A DNA stretch of 64,000 nt from the human T2T-CHM13v2.0 reference genome, Homo sapiens: NCBI RefSeq assembly GCF_009914755.1, contig NC_060933.1; one strand, written 5' to 3'. This document shows positions 12,401-26,589 of the stretch, in pieces; position 1 is the stretch's first letter; the number at the start of each line of letters is the position of its first letter. The translations under genes and the position numbers were made by a program. The notes under the pieces were generated by a model. It was not told the DNA's origin. It made no database searches and was given only the letters and a program-made list of their open reading frames with translations.

Positions 12401-12641
12401 GTTGATATTTAGATAGCTAGGAAGATTTCCTTGGAAACGGGAATATCTTCATATAAAATCTAGACGGAAGCATTCTCAGAAAGTGCTTTGTGATGTTTGC
12501 ATTCAAGTCACAGAGTTGAATATTCCCTTTTATAGAGCAGGTTTGAAACACTCTTTCTGCACTACCTGGAAGTGGACATTTGGAGCGCTTTGAGGCCTAT
12601 GTTGAAAAAGGAAATATCTTCCCATAAAAACTAGACAGAAG
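9410..12641 (+). repeat. 19-mer HOR (3232 bp; A1-A2-B-C-T)
   Basis: Four tetramers (ORF markers 9436, 10116, 10796, 11476) followed by the trimer. Confidence 0.95.
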
Positions 12642-14513
12642 CATTCTCAGAAACTTGTTTGTGATGTGTGTATTCAACTAACAGAGATGAACCTTTCTTT
12701 TTACAGAGCAGTTTTGAAACACTCTTTTTGTGGAATCTGAAAGTGGATATTTGGATAGCTTTGAGGATTTCGTTGGAAACGGGATTACATATAAAACCTA
12801 GAGAGAAGCATTCTCAGGAACTTCTTTGTGATGTTTGCCTTCAAGTCACAGGACTGAACATTCCCTTTCATAGAGCAGGTTTGAAACACTCTTTCTGTAG
12901 TATCTGCAAGCTGACGTTTCAAGCGCTTTCAGGCCTATGGTGAGAAAGGAAATATCTTCAAGTAAAAACTAGACAGAAGCATTCTCAGAAACTTATTTGC
13001 GATGTGTGTCCTCAACTAACAGAGTTGAACCTTTGTTTTGATACGGCATTTTGGAAACACTCTTTTTGTAGAATCTGCAGGTGGATATTCGGATAGCTTT
13101 GAAGGTTTCGTTGGAAACGGGAATATCTTCATATAAAATCTAGACGGAAGCATTCTCAGAAACTGCTTTGTGATGTTTTCATTCAAGTCACAGAGTAGAA
13201 TCTTCCCTGTTATATACCAGGTTTCAGACACTCTTTCTGCACTACCTGGAAGTGGACATTTGCAGCGCTTTGAGGCCTATGATGAAGAAGGAAATATCTT
13301 CCCATAAAAACTAGACAGAAGCATTCTCAGAAACTTGTTTGTGATGTGTGTATTCAACTAACAGAGATGAACCTTTCTTTTTACAGAGCAGTTTTGAAAC
13401 ACTCTTTTTGTGGAATCTGAAAGTGGATATTTGGATAGCTTTGCGGATTTCGTTGGAAACGGGATTACATATAAAATCTAGGGAGAAGCATTCTCAGGAA
13501 CTTCTTTGTGATGTTTGCATTCAAGTCACAGAACTGAACATTCCCTTTCATAGAGCAGGTTTGAAACACTCTTTCTGTAGTATCTGCAAGCGGACGTTTT
13601 AAGCGCTTTCAGGCCTGTGGTGAGAAAGGAAATATCTTCAAATAAAAACTAGACAGAAGCATTCTCAGAAACTTATTTGCGATGTGTGTCCTCAACTAAC
13701 AGAGTTGAACCTTTCTTTTGATACAACATTTTGGAAACACTCTTTTTGTAGAATCTGCAAGTGGATATTTGGATAACTTTGAAGGTTTCGTTGGAAACGG
13801 GAATATCTTCATATGAAATCAAGACAGAAGCATTCTCAGAAACTTCTCTGTGATGTTTGCATTCAACTCATAGAGTTGAACACTTCCCTTCATACAGCAG
13901 GTTTGAAACACTCTTTTTCTAATATTTGGAAGTGGACATTTGCAGCGCTTTGAGGCCTATGTTGAAAAAGGAAATATCTTCTCCTAAAAACCAGACAGAA
14001 GCATTCTCAGAAACTTCCTTGTGATGTGTGTACTCAAGTAACAGAGTTGAACCTTCCTTTTGACAGAGCAGTTTTGAAGCACTCTTTTTGTAGAATCTGC
14101 AAGTGGATATTTTGATACCTTTGAGGATTTCGTTGGACACGGGATATCTTCATATGAAATCTAGACAGAAGCATTCTCAGAAACTTCTTTGTGCTGTATG
14201 TCCTCAATTAACAGAGTTGAACCTTTGTGTGGATACAGCATTTTGGAAACATTCCTTTAGTAGAATCTGCAAGTTGATATTTAGATAGCTAGGAAGATTT
14301 CCTTGGAAACGGGAATATCTTCATATAAAATCTAGACGGAAGCATTCTCAGAAAGTGCTTTGTGATGTTTGCATTCAAGTCACAGAGTTGAATATTCCCT
14401 TTTATAGAGCAGGTTTGAAACACTCTTTCTGCACTACCTGGAAGTGGACATTTGGAGCGCTTTGAGGCCTATGTTGAAAAAGGAAATATCTTCCCATAAA
14501 AACTAGACAGAAG
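12642..14513 (+). repeat. 11-mer HOR (A1-C-T)
   Basis: Tetramer markers at 12668 and 13348, trimer marker at 14103; length 1872. Confidence 0.93.
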
Positions 14514-17500
14514 CATTCTCAGAAACTTGTTTGTGATGTGTGTATTCAACTAACAGAGATGAACCTTTCTTTTTACAGAGCAGTTTTGAAACACTCTTTT
14601 TGTGGAATCTGAAAGTGGATATTTGGATAGCTTTGAGGATTTCGTTGGAAACGGGATTACATATAAAACCTAGAGAGAAGCATTCTCAGGAACTTCTTTG
14701 TGATGTTTGCCTTCAAGTCACAGGACTGAACATTCCCTTTCATAGAGCAGGTTTGAAACACTCTTTCTGTAGTATCTGCAAGCTGACGTTTCAAGCGCTT
14801 TCAGGCCTACGGTGAGAAAGGAAATATCTTCAAGTAAAAACTAGACAGAAGCATTCTCAGAAACTTATTTGCCATGTGTGTTCTCAACTAACAGAGTTGA
14901 ACCTTTGTTTTGATACGGCATTTTGGAAACACTCTTTTTGTAGAATCTGCAGGTGGATATTCGGATAGCTTTGAAGGTTTCGTTGGAAACGGGAATATCT
15001 TCATATAAAATCTAGACGGAAGCATTCTCAGAAACTGCTTTGTGATGTTTTCATTCAAGTCACAGAGTAGAATCTTCCCTGTTATATACCAGGTTTCAGA
15101 CACTCTTTCTGCACTACCTGGAAGTGGACATTTGCAGCGCTTTGAGGCCTATGATGAAAAAGGAAATATCTTCCCATAAAAACTAGACAGAAGCATTCTC
15201 AGAAACTTGTTTGTGATGTGTGTATTCAACTAACAGAGATGAACCTTTCTTTTTACAGAGCAGTTTTGAAACACTCTTTTTGTGGAATCTGAAAGTGGAT
15301 ATTTGGATAGCTTTGAGGATTTCGTTGGAAACGGGATTACATATAAAATCTAGAGAGAAGCATTCTCAGGAACTTCTTTGTGATGTTTGCATTCACGTCA
15401 CAGAACTGAACATTCCCTTTCATAGAGCATGTTTGAAACACTCTTTCTGTAGTATCTGCAAACGGACATTTCAAACGCTTTCAGGCCTATGGTGAGAAAG
15501 GAAATATCTTCAAATAAAAACTAGACAGAAGCATTCTCAGAAACTTATTTGCGATGTGTGTCCTCAACTAACAGAGTTGAACCTTTCTTTTGATACAACA
15601 TTTTGGAAACACTCTTTTTGTGGAATCTGCAAGTGGATATTTGGATAGCTTTGAAGATTTCGTTGGAAACGGGAATATCTTCATATAAAATCAAGACAGA
15701 AGCATTCTCAGAAACTTCTCTGTGATGTTTGCATTCAACTCATAGAGTTGAACACTTCCCTTCATACAGCAGGTTTGAAACACTCTTTTTGTAATATTTG
15801 GAAGTGGACATTTGCAGCGCTTTGAGGCCTATGATGAAAAAGGTAATATCTTCCCATAAAAACTAGACAGAAGCATTCTCAGAAACTTGTTTGTGATGTG
15901 TGTATTCAACTAACAGAGATGAACCTTTCTTTTTACAGAGCAGTTTTGAAACACTCTTTTTGTGGAATCTGAAAGTGGATATTTGGATAGCTTTGCGGAT
16001 TTCGTTGGAAACGGGATTACATATAAAATCTAGGGAGAAGCATTATCAGGAACTTCTTTGTGATGTTTGCATTCAAGTCACAGAACTGAACATTCCCTTT
16101 CATAGAGCAGGTTTGAAACACTCTGTAGTATCTGCAAGCGGACGTTTTAAGCGCTTTCAGGCCTGTGGTGAGAAAAGAAATATCTTCAAATAAAAACTAG
16201 ACAGAAGCATTCTCAGAAACTTATTTGCGATGTGTGTCCTCAACTAACAGAGTTGAACCTTTCTTTTGATACAACATTTTGGAAACACTCTTTTTGTAGA
16301 ATCTGCAAGTGGATATTTGGATAGCTTTGAAGGTTTCGTTGGAAACGGGAATATCTTCATATGAAATCAAGACAGAAGCATTCTCAGAAACTTCTCTGTG
16401 ATGTTTGCATTCAACTCATAGAGTTGAACACTTCCCTTCATACAGCAGGTTTGAAACACTCTTTTTGTAATATTTGGAAGTGGACATTTGCAGCGCTTTG
16501 AGGCCTATGTTGAAAAAGGAAATATCTTCTCCTAAAAACCAGACAGAAGCATTCTCAGAAACTTCCTTGTGATGTGTGTACTCAAGTAACAGAGTTGAAC
16601 CTTCCTTTTGACAGAGCAGTTTTGAAGCACTCTTTTTGTAGAATCTGCAAGTGGATATTTTGATACCTTTGAGGATTTCGTTGGACACGGGATATCTTCA
16701 TATAAAATCTAGACAGAAGCATTCTCAGAAACTTCTTTGTGCTGTATGTCCTCAATTAACAGAGTTGAACCTTTGTGTGGATACAGCATTTTGGAAACAT
16801 TCCTTTAGTAGAATCTGCAAGTTGATATTTAGATAGCTAGGAAGATTTCCTTGGAAACGGGAATATCTTCATATAAAATCTAGACGGAAGCATTCTCAGA
16901 AAGTGCTTTGTGATGTTTGCATTCAAGTCACAGAGTTGAATATTCCCTTTTATAGAGCAGGTTTGAAACACTCTTTCTGCACTACCTGGAAGTGGACATT
17001 TGGAGCGCTTTGAGGCCTATGTTGAAAAAGGAAATATGTTCCCATAAAAACTGGACAGAAGCATTCTCAGAAACTTGTTTGTGATGTGTGTATTCAACTA
17101 ACAGAGATGAACCTTTCTTTTTACAGAGCAGTTTTGAAACACTCTTTTTGTGGAATCTGAAAGTGGATATTTGGATAGCTTTGAGGATTTCGTTGGAAAC
17201 GGGATTACATATAAAACCTAGAGAGAAGCATTCTCAGGAACTTCTTTGTGATGTTTGCATTCAAGTCACAGGACTGAACATTCCCTTTCATAGAGCAGGT
17301 TTGAAACACTCTTTCTGTAGTATCTGCAAGCTGACGTTTCAAGCGCTTTCAGGCCTATGGTGAGAAAGGAAATATCTTCAAGTAAAAACTAGACAGAAGC
17401 ATTCTCAGAAACTTATTTGCCATGTGTGTTCTCAACTAACAGAGTTGAACCTTTGTTTTGATACGGCATTTTGGAAACACTCTTTTTGTAGAATCTGCAG

Positions 17501-20500
17501 GTGGATATTCGGATAGCTTTGAAGGTTTCGTTGGAAACGGGAATATCTTCATATAAAATCTAGACGGAAGCATTCTCAGAAACTGCTTTGTGATGTTTTC
17601 ATTCAAGTCACAGAGTAGAATGTTCCCTGTTATATACCAGGTTTGAGACACTCTTTCTGCACTACCTGGAAGTGGACGTTTGGAGCGCTTTGAGGCCTAT
17701 GTTGAAAAAGGAAATATCTTCCCATAAAAACTAGACAGAAGCATTCTCAGAAACTTGTTTGTGATGTGTGTATTCAACTAACAGGGATGAACCTTTCTTA
17801 TTACAGAGCAGTTTTGAAACACTCTTTTTGTGGAATCTGAAAGTGGATATTTGGATAGCTTTGAGGATTTCGTTGGAAACGGGATTACATATAAAACCTA
17901 GAGAGAAGCATTCTCAGGAACTTCTTTGTGATGTTTGCATTCAAGTCACAGAACTGAACATTCCCTTTCATAGAGCATGTTTGAAACACTCTTTCTGTAG
18001 TATCTGCAAACGGACATTTGAAACGCTTTCAGGCCTATGGTGAGAAAGGAAATATCTTCAAATAAAAACTAGACAGAAGCATTCTCAGAAACTTGTTTGC
18101 GATGTGTTTCCTCAACTAACAGAGTTGAACCTTTCTTTTGATACAACATTTTGGAAACACTCTTTTTGTAGAATCTGCAAGTGGATATTTGGATAGCTTT
18201 GAAGGTTTCTTTGGAAACGGGAATATCTTCATATAAAATCAAGACAGAAGCATTCTCAGAAACTTCTCTGTGATGTTTGCATTCAACTCATAGAGTTGAA
18301 CACTTCCCTTCATACAGCAGGTTTGAAACACTCTTTTTGTAATATTTGGAAGTGGACATTTGCAGCGCTTTGAGGCCTATGATGAAAAAGGTAATATCTT
18401 CCCATAAAAACTAGACAGAAGCATTCTCAGAAACTTGTTTGTGATGTGTGTATTCAACTAACAGAGATGAACCTTTCTTTTTACAGAGCAGTTTTGAAAC
18501 ACTCTTTTTGTGGAATCTGAAAGTGGATATTTGGATAGCTTTGCGGATTTCGTTGGAAACGGGATTACATATAAAATCTAGGGAGAAGCATTCTCAGGAA
18601 CTTCTTTGTGATGTTTGCATTCAAGTCACAGAACTGAACATTCCCTTTCATAGAGCAGGTTTGAAACACTCTTTCTGTAGTATCTGCAAGCGGACGTTTT
18701 AAGCGCTTTCAGGCCTGTGGTGAGAAAGGAAATATCTTCAAATAAAAACTAGACAGAAGCATTCTCAGAAACGTATTTGCGATGTGTGTCCTCAACTAAC
18801 AGAGTTGAACCTTTCTTTTGATACAACATTTTGATAACACTCTTTTTGTAGAATCTGCAAGTGGATATTTGGATAGCTTTGAAGGTTTCGTTGGAAACGG
18901 GAATATCTTCATATGAAATCAAGACAGAAGCATTCTCAGAAACTTCTCTGTGATGTTTGCATTCAACTCATAGAGTTGAACACTTCCCTTCATACAGCAG
19001 GTTTGAAACACTCTTTTTCTAATATTTGGAAGTGGACATTTGCAGCGCTTTGAGGCCTATGTTGAAAAAGGAAATATCTTCTCCTAAAAACCAGACAGAA
19101 GCATTCTCAGAAACTTCCTTGTGATGTGTGTACTCAAGTAACAGAGTTGAACCTTCCTTTTGACAGAGCAGTTTTGAACCACTCTTTTTGTAGAATCTGC
19201 AAGTGGATATTTTGATACCTTTGAGGATTTCGTTGGACACGGGATATCTTCATATAAAATCTAGACAGAAGCATTCTCAGAAACTTCTTTGTGCTGTATG
19301 TCCTCAATTAACAGAGTTGAACCTTTGTGTGGATACAGCATTTTGGAAACATTCCTTTAGAAGAATCTGCAAGTAGATATTTAGATAGCTAGGAAGATTT
19401 CCTTGGAAACGGGAATATCTTCATATAAAATCTAGACGGAAGCATTCTCAGAAAGTGCTTTGTGATGTTTGCATTCAAGTCACAGAGTTGAATATTCCCT
19501 TTTATAGAGCAGGTTTGAAACACTCTTTCTGCACTACCTGGAAGTGGACATTTGGAGCGCTTTGAGGCCTATGTTGAAAAAGGAAATATCTTCCCATAAA
19601 AACTAGACAGAAGCATTCTCAGAAACTTGTTTGTGATGTGTGTATTCAACTAACAGAGATGAACCTTTCTTTTTACAGAGCAGTTTTGAAACACTCTTTT
19701 TGTGGAATCTGAAAGTGGATATTTGGATAGCTTTGAGGATTTCGTTGGAAACGGGATTACATATAAAACCTAGAGAGAAGCATTCTCAGGAACTTCTTTG
19801 TGATGTTTGCCTTCAAGTCACAGGACTGAACATTCCCTTTCATAGAGCAGGTTTGAAACACTCTTTCTGTAGTATCTGCAAGCTGACGTTTCAAGCGCTT
19901 TCAGGCCTATGGTGAGAAAGGAAATATCTTCAAGTAAAAACTAGACAGAAGCATTCTCAGAAACTTATTTGCCATGTGTGTTCTCAACTAACAGAGTTGA
20001 ACCTTTGTTTTGATACGGCATTTTGGAAACACTCTTTTTGTAGAATCTGCAGGTGGATATTCGGATAGCTTTGAAGGTTTCGTTGGAAACGGGAATATCT
20101 TCATATAAAATCTTGACGGAAGCATTCTCAGAAACTGCTTTGTGATGTTTTCATTCAAGTCACAGAGTAGAATCTTCCCTGTTATATACCAGGTTTCAGA
20201 CACTCTTTCTGCACTACCTGGAAGTGGACATTTGCAGCGCTTTGAGGCCTATGATGAAAAAGGAAATATCTTCCCATAAAAACTAGACAGAAGCATTCTC
20301 AGAAACTTGTTTGTGATGTGTGTATTCAACTAACAGAGATGAACCTTTCTTTTTACAGAGCAGTTTTGAAACACTCTTTTTGTGGAATCTGAAAGTGGAT
20401 ATTTGGATAGCTTTGAGGATTTCGTTGGAAACGGGATTACATATAAAATCTAGAGAGAAGCATTCTCAGGAACTTCTTTGTGATGTTTGCATTCACGTCA

Positions 20501-23500
20501 CAGAACTGAACATTCCCTTTCATAGAGCATGTTTGAAACACTCTTTCTGTAGTATCTGCAAACGGACATTTCAAACGCTTTCAGGCCTATGGTGAGAAAG
20601 GAAATATCTTCAAATAAAAACTAGACAGAAGCATTCTCAGAAACTTATTTGCGATGTGTGTCCTCAACTAACAGAGTTGAACCTTTCTTTTGATACAACA
20701 TTTTGGAAACACTCTTTTTGTGGAATCTGCAAGTGGATATTTGGGTAGCTTTGAAGATTTCGTTGGAAACGGGAATATCTTCATATAAAATCAAGACAGA
20801 AGCATTCTCAGAAACTTCTCTGTGATGTTTGCATTCAACTCATAGAGTTGAACACTTCCCTTCATACAGCAGGTTTGAAACACTCTTTTTGTAATATTTG
20901 GAAGTGGACATTTGCAGCGCTTTGAGGCCTATGATGAAAAAGGTAATATCTTCCCATAAAAACTAGACAGAAGCATTCTCAGAAACTTGTTTGTGATGTG
21001 TGTATTCAACTAACAGAGATGAACCTTTCTTTTTACAGAGCAGTTTTGAAACACTCTTTTTGTGGAATCTGAAAGTGGATATTTGGATAGCTTTGCGGAT
21101 TTCGTTGGAAACGGGATTACATATAAAATCTAGGGAGAAGCATTATCAGGAACTTCTTTGTGATGTTTGCATTCAAGTCACAGAACTGAACATTCCCTTT
21201 CATAGAGCAGGTTTGAAACACTCTTTCTGTAGTATCTGCAAGCGGACGTTTTAAGCGCTTTCAGGCCTGTGGTGAGAAAAGAAATATCTTCAAATAAAAA
21301 CTAGACAGAAGCATTCTCAGAAACTTATTTGCGATGTGTGTCCTCAACTAACAGAGTTGAACCTTTCTTTTGATACAACATTTTGGAAACACTCTTTTTG
21401 TAGAATCTGCAAGTGGATATTTGGATAGCTTTGAAGGTTTCGTTGGAAACGGGAATATCTTCATATGAAATCAAGACAGAAGCATTCTCAGAAACTTCTC
21501 TGTGATGTTTGCATTCAACTCATAGAGTTGAACACTTCCCTTCATACAGCAGGTTTGAAACACTCTTTTTGTAATATTTGGAAGTGGACATTTGCAGCGC
21601 TTTGAGGCCTATGTTGAAAAAGGAAATATCTTCTCCTAAAAACCAGACAGAAGCATTCTCAGAAACTTCCTTGTGATGTGTGTACTCAAGTAACAGAGTT
21701 GAACCTTCCTTTTGACAGAGCAGTTTTGAAGCACTCTTTTTGTAGAATCTGCAAGTGGATATTTTGATACCTCTGAGGATTTCGTTGGACACGGGATATC
21801 TTCATATAAAATCTAGACAGAAGCATTCTCAGAAACTTCTTTGTGCTGTATGTCCTCAATTAACAGAGTTGAACCTTTGTGTGGATACAGCATTTTGGAA
21901 ACATTCCTTTAGTAGAATCTGCAAGTTGATATTTAGATAGCTAGGAAGATTTCCTTGGAAACGGGAATATCTTCATATAAAATCTAGACGGAAGCATTCT
22001 CAGAAAGTGCTTTGTGATGTTTGCATTCAAGTCACAGAGTTGAATATTCCCTTTTATAGAGCAGGTTTGAAACACTCTTTCTGCACTACCTGGAAGTGGA
22101 CATTTGGAGCGCTTTGAGGCCTATGTTGAAAAAGGAAATATGTTCCCATAAAAACTGGACAGAAGCATTCTCAGAAACTTGTTTGTGATGTGTGTATTCA
22201 ACTAACAGAGATGAACCTTTCTTTTTACAGAGCAGTTTTGAAACACTCTTTTTGTGGAATCTGAAAGTGGATATTTGGATAGCTTTGAGGATTTCGTTGG
22301 AAACGGGATTACATATAAAACCTAGAGAGAAGCATTCTCAGGAACTTCTTTGTGATGTTTGCATTCAAGTCACAGGACTGAACATTCCCTTTCATAGAGC
22401 AGGTTTGAAACACTCTTTCTGTAGTATCTGCAAGCTGACGTTTCAAGCGCTTTCAGGCCTATGGTGAGAAAGGAAATATCTTCAAGTAAAAACTAGACAG
22501 AAGCATTCTCAGAAACTTATTTGCCATGTGTGTTCTCAACTAACAGAGTTGAACCTTTGTTTTGATACGGCATTTTGGAAACACTCTTTTTGTAGAATCT
22601 GCAGGTGGATATTCGGATAGCTTTGAAGGTTTCGTTGGAAACGGGAATATCTTCATATAAAATCTAGACGGAAGCATTCTCAGAAACTGCTTTGTGATGT
22701 TTTCATTCAAGTCACAGAGTAGAATGTTCCCTGTTATATACCAGGTTTGAGACACTCTTTCTGCACTACCTGGAAGTGGACGTTTGGAGCGCTTTGAGGC
22801 CTATGTTGAAAAAGGAAATATCTTCCCATAAAAACTAGACAGAAGCATTCTCAGAAACTTGTTTGTGATGTGTGTATTCAACTAACAGGGATGAACCTTT
22901 CTTATTACAGAGCAGTTTTGAAACACTCTTTTTGTGGAATCTGAAAGTGGATATTTGGATAGCTTTGAGGATTTCGTTGGAAACGGGATTACATATAAAA
23001 CCTAGAGAGAAGCATTCTCAGGAACTTCTTTGTGATGTTTGCATTCAAGTCACAGAACTGAACATTCCCTTTCATAGAGCATGTTTGAAACACTCTTTCT
23101 GTAGTATCTGCAAACGGACATTTGAAACGCTTTCAGGCCTATGGTGAGAAAGGAAATATCTTCAAATAAAAACTAGACAGAAGCATTCTCAGAAACTTGT
23201 TTGCGATGTGTTTCCTCAACTAACAGAGTTGAACCTTTCTTTTGATACAACATTTTGGAAACACTCTTTTTGTAGAATCTGCAAGTGGATATTTGGATAG
23301 CTTTGAAGGTTTCTTTGGAAACGGGAATATCTTCATATAAAATCAAGACAGAAGCATTCTCAGAAACTTCTCTGTGATGTTTGCATTCAACTCATAGAGT
23401 TGAACACTTCCCTTCATACAGCAGGTTTGAAACACTCTTTTTGTAATATTTGGAAGTGGACATTTGCAGCGCTTTGAGGCCTATGATGAAAAAGGTAATA

Positions 23501-24717
23501 TCTTCCCATAAAAACTAGACAGAAGCATTCTCAGAAACTTGTTTGTGATGTGTGTATTCAACTAACAGAGATGAACCTTTCTTTTTACAGAGCAGTTTTG
23601 AAACACTCTTTTTGTGGAATCTGAAAGTGGATATTTGGATAGCTTTGCGGATTTCGTTGGAAACGGGATTACATATAAAATCTAGGGAGAAGCATTCTCA
23701 GGAACTTCTTTGTGATGTTTGCATTCAAGTCACAGAACTGAACATTCCCTTTCATAGAGCAGGTTTGAAACACTCTTTCTGTAGTATCTGCAAGCGGACG
23801 TTTTAAGCGCTTTCAGGCCTGTGGTGAGAAAGGAAATATCTTCAAATAAAAACTAGACAGAAGCATTCTCAGAAACTTATTTGCGATGTGTGTCCTCAAC
23901 TAACAGAGTTGAACCTTTCTTTTGATACAACATTTTGATAACACTCTTTTTGTAGAATCTGCAAGTGGATATTTGGATAGCTTTGAAGGTTTCGTTGGAA
24001 ACGGGAATATCTTCATATGAAATCAAGACAGAAGCATTCTCAGAAACTTCTCTGTGATGTTTGCATTCAACTCATAGAGTTGAACACTTCCCTTCATACA
24101 GCAGGTTTGAAACACTCTTTTTCTAATATTTGGAAGTGGACATTTGCAGCGCTTTGAGGCCTATGTTGAAAAAGGAAATATCTTCTCCTAAAAACCAGAC
24201 AGAAGCATTCTCAGAAACTTCCTTGTGATGTGTGTACTCAAGTAACAGAGTTGAACCTTCCTTTTGACAGAGCAGTTTTGAACCACTCTTTTTGTAGAAT
24301 CTGCAAGTGGATATTTTGATACCTTTGAGGATTTCGTTGGACACGGGATATCTTCATATAAAATCTAGACAGAAGCATTCTCAGAAACTTCTTTGTGCTG
24401 TATGTCCTCAATTAACAGAGTTGAACCTTTGTGTGGATACAGCATTTTGGAAACATTCCTTTAGAAGAATCTGCAAGTAGATATTTAGATAGCTAGGAAG
24501 ATTTCCTTGGAAACGGGAATATCTTCATATAAAATCTAGACGGAAGCATTCTCAGAAAGTGCTTTGTGATGTTTGCATTCAAGTCACAGAGTTGAATATT
24601 CCCTTTTATAGAGCAGGTTTGAAACACTCTTTCTGCACTACCTGGAAGTGGACATTTGGAGCGCTTTGAGGCCTATGTTGAAAAAGGAAATATCTTCCCA
24701 TAAAAACTAGACAGAAG
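14514..24717 (+). repeat. Four 15-mer HORs (2548, 2552, 2552, 2552 bp) of two alternating variants
   Basis: Unit starts are 14514, 17062, 19614 and 22166; each has 3 tetramers plus the trimer. The first carries a 4-bp deletion. Confidence 0.94.
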
Positions 24718-26589
24718 CATTCTCAGAAACTTGTTTGTGATGTGTGTATTCAACTAACAGAGATGAACCTTTCTTTTTACAGAGCAGTTTTGAAACACTC
24801 TTTTTGTGGAATCTGAAAGTGGATATTTGGATAGCTTTGAGGATTTCGTTGGAAACGGGATTACATATAAAACCTAGAGAGAAGCATTCTCAGGAACTTC
24901 TTTGTGATGTTTGCCTTCAAGTCACAGGACTGAACATTCCCTTTCATAGAGCAGGTTTGAAACACTCTTTCTGTAGTATCTGCAAGCTGACGTTTCAAGC
25001 GCTTTCAGGCCTATGGTGAGAAAGGAAATATCTTCAAGTAAAAACTAGACAGAAGCATTCTCAGAAACTTATTTGCCATGTGTGTTCTCAACTAACAGAG
25101 TTGAACCTTTGTTTTGATACGGCATTTTGGAAACACTCTTTTTGTAGAAACTGCAGGTGGATATTCGGATAGCTTTGAAGGTTTCGTTGGAAACGGGAAT
25201 ATCTTCATATAAAATCTAGACGGAAGCATTCTCAGAAACTGCTTTGTGATGTTTTCATTCAAGTCACAGAGTAGAATCTTCCCTGTTATATACCAGGTTT
25301 CAGACACTCTTTCTGCACTACCTGGAAGTGGACATTTGCAGTGCTTTGAGGCCTATGATGAAAAAGGAAATATCTTCCCATAAAAACTAGACAGAAGCAT
25401 TCTCAGAAACTTGTTTGTGATGTGTGTATTCAACTAACAGAGATGAACCTTTCTTTTTACAGAGCAGTTTTGAAACACTCTTTTTGTGGAATCTGAAAGT
25501 GGATATTTGGATAGCTTTGAGGATTTCGTTGGAAACGGGATTACATATAAAATCTAGAGAGAAGCATTCTCAGGAACTTCTTTGTGATGTTTGCATTCAC
25601 GTCACAGAACTGAACATTCCCTTTCATAGAGCATGTTTGAAACACTCTTTCTATAGTATCTGCAAACGGACATTTCAAACGCTTTCAGGCCTATGGTGAG
25701 AAAGGAAATATCTTCAAATAAAAACTAGACAGAAGCATTCTCAGAAACTTATTTGCGATGTGTGTCCTCAACTTACAGAGTTGAACCTTTCTTTTGATAC
25801 AACATTTTGGAAACACTCTTTTTGTAGAATCTGCAAGTGGATATTTGGATTGCTTTGAAGGTTTCGTTGGAAACGGGAATATCTTCATATGAAATCAAGA
25901 CAGAAGCATTCTCAGAAACTTCTCTGTGATGTTTGCATTCAACTCATAGAGTTGAACACTTCCCTTCATACAGCAGGTTTGAAACACTCTTTTTCTAATA
26001 TTTGGAAGTGGACATTTGCAGCGCTTTGAGGCCTATGTTGAAAAAGGAAATATCTTCTCCTAAAAACCAGACAGAAGCATTCTCAGAAACTTCCTTGTGA
26101 TGTGTGTACTCCAGTAACAGAGTTGAACCTTCCTTTTGACAGAGCAGTTTTGAAGCACTCTTTTTGTAGAATCTGCAAGTGGATATTTTGATACCTTTGA
26201 GGATTTCGTTGGACACGGGATATCTTCATATAAAATCTAGACAGAAGCATTCTCAGAAACTTCTTTGTGCTGTATGTCCTCAATTAACAGAGTTGAACCT
26301 TTGTGTGGATACAGCATTTTGGAAACATTCCTTTAGTAGAATCTGCAAGTTGATATTTAGATAGCTAGGAAGATTTCCTTGGAAACGGGAATATCTTCAT
26401 ATAAAATCTAGACGGAAGCATTCTCAGAAAGTGCTTTGTGATGTTTGCATTCAAGTCACAGAGTTGAATATTCCCTTTTATAGAGCAGGTTTGAAACACT
26501 CTTTCTGCACTACCTGGAAGTGGACATTTGGAGCGCTTTGAGGCCTATGTTGAAAAAGGAAATATCTTCCCATAAAAACTAGACAGAAG
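24718..26589 (+). repeat. 11-mer HOR (A1-B/C hybrid-T)
   Basis: Tetramer markers at 24744 and 25424, trimer marker at 26179. Confidence 0.93.

Noticed and set aside
15900-16193. Unique 97-aa ORF with a different C-terminus
   Set aside because: It is simply the frameshift caused by the 4-bp deletion at ~16124.
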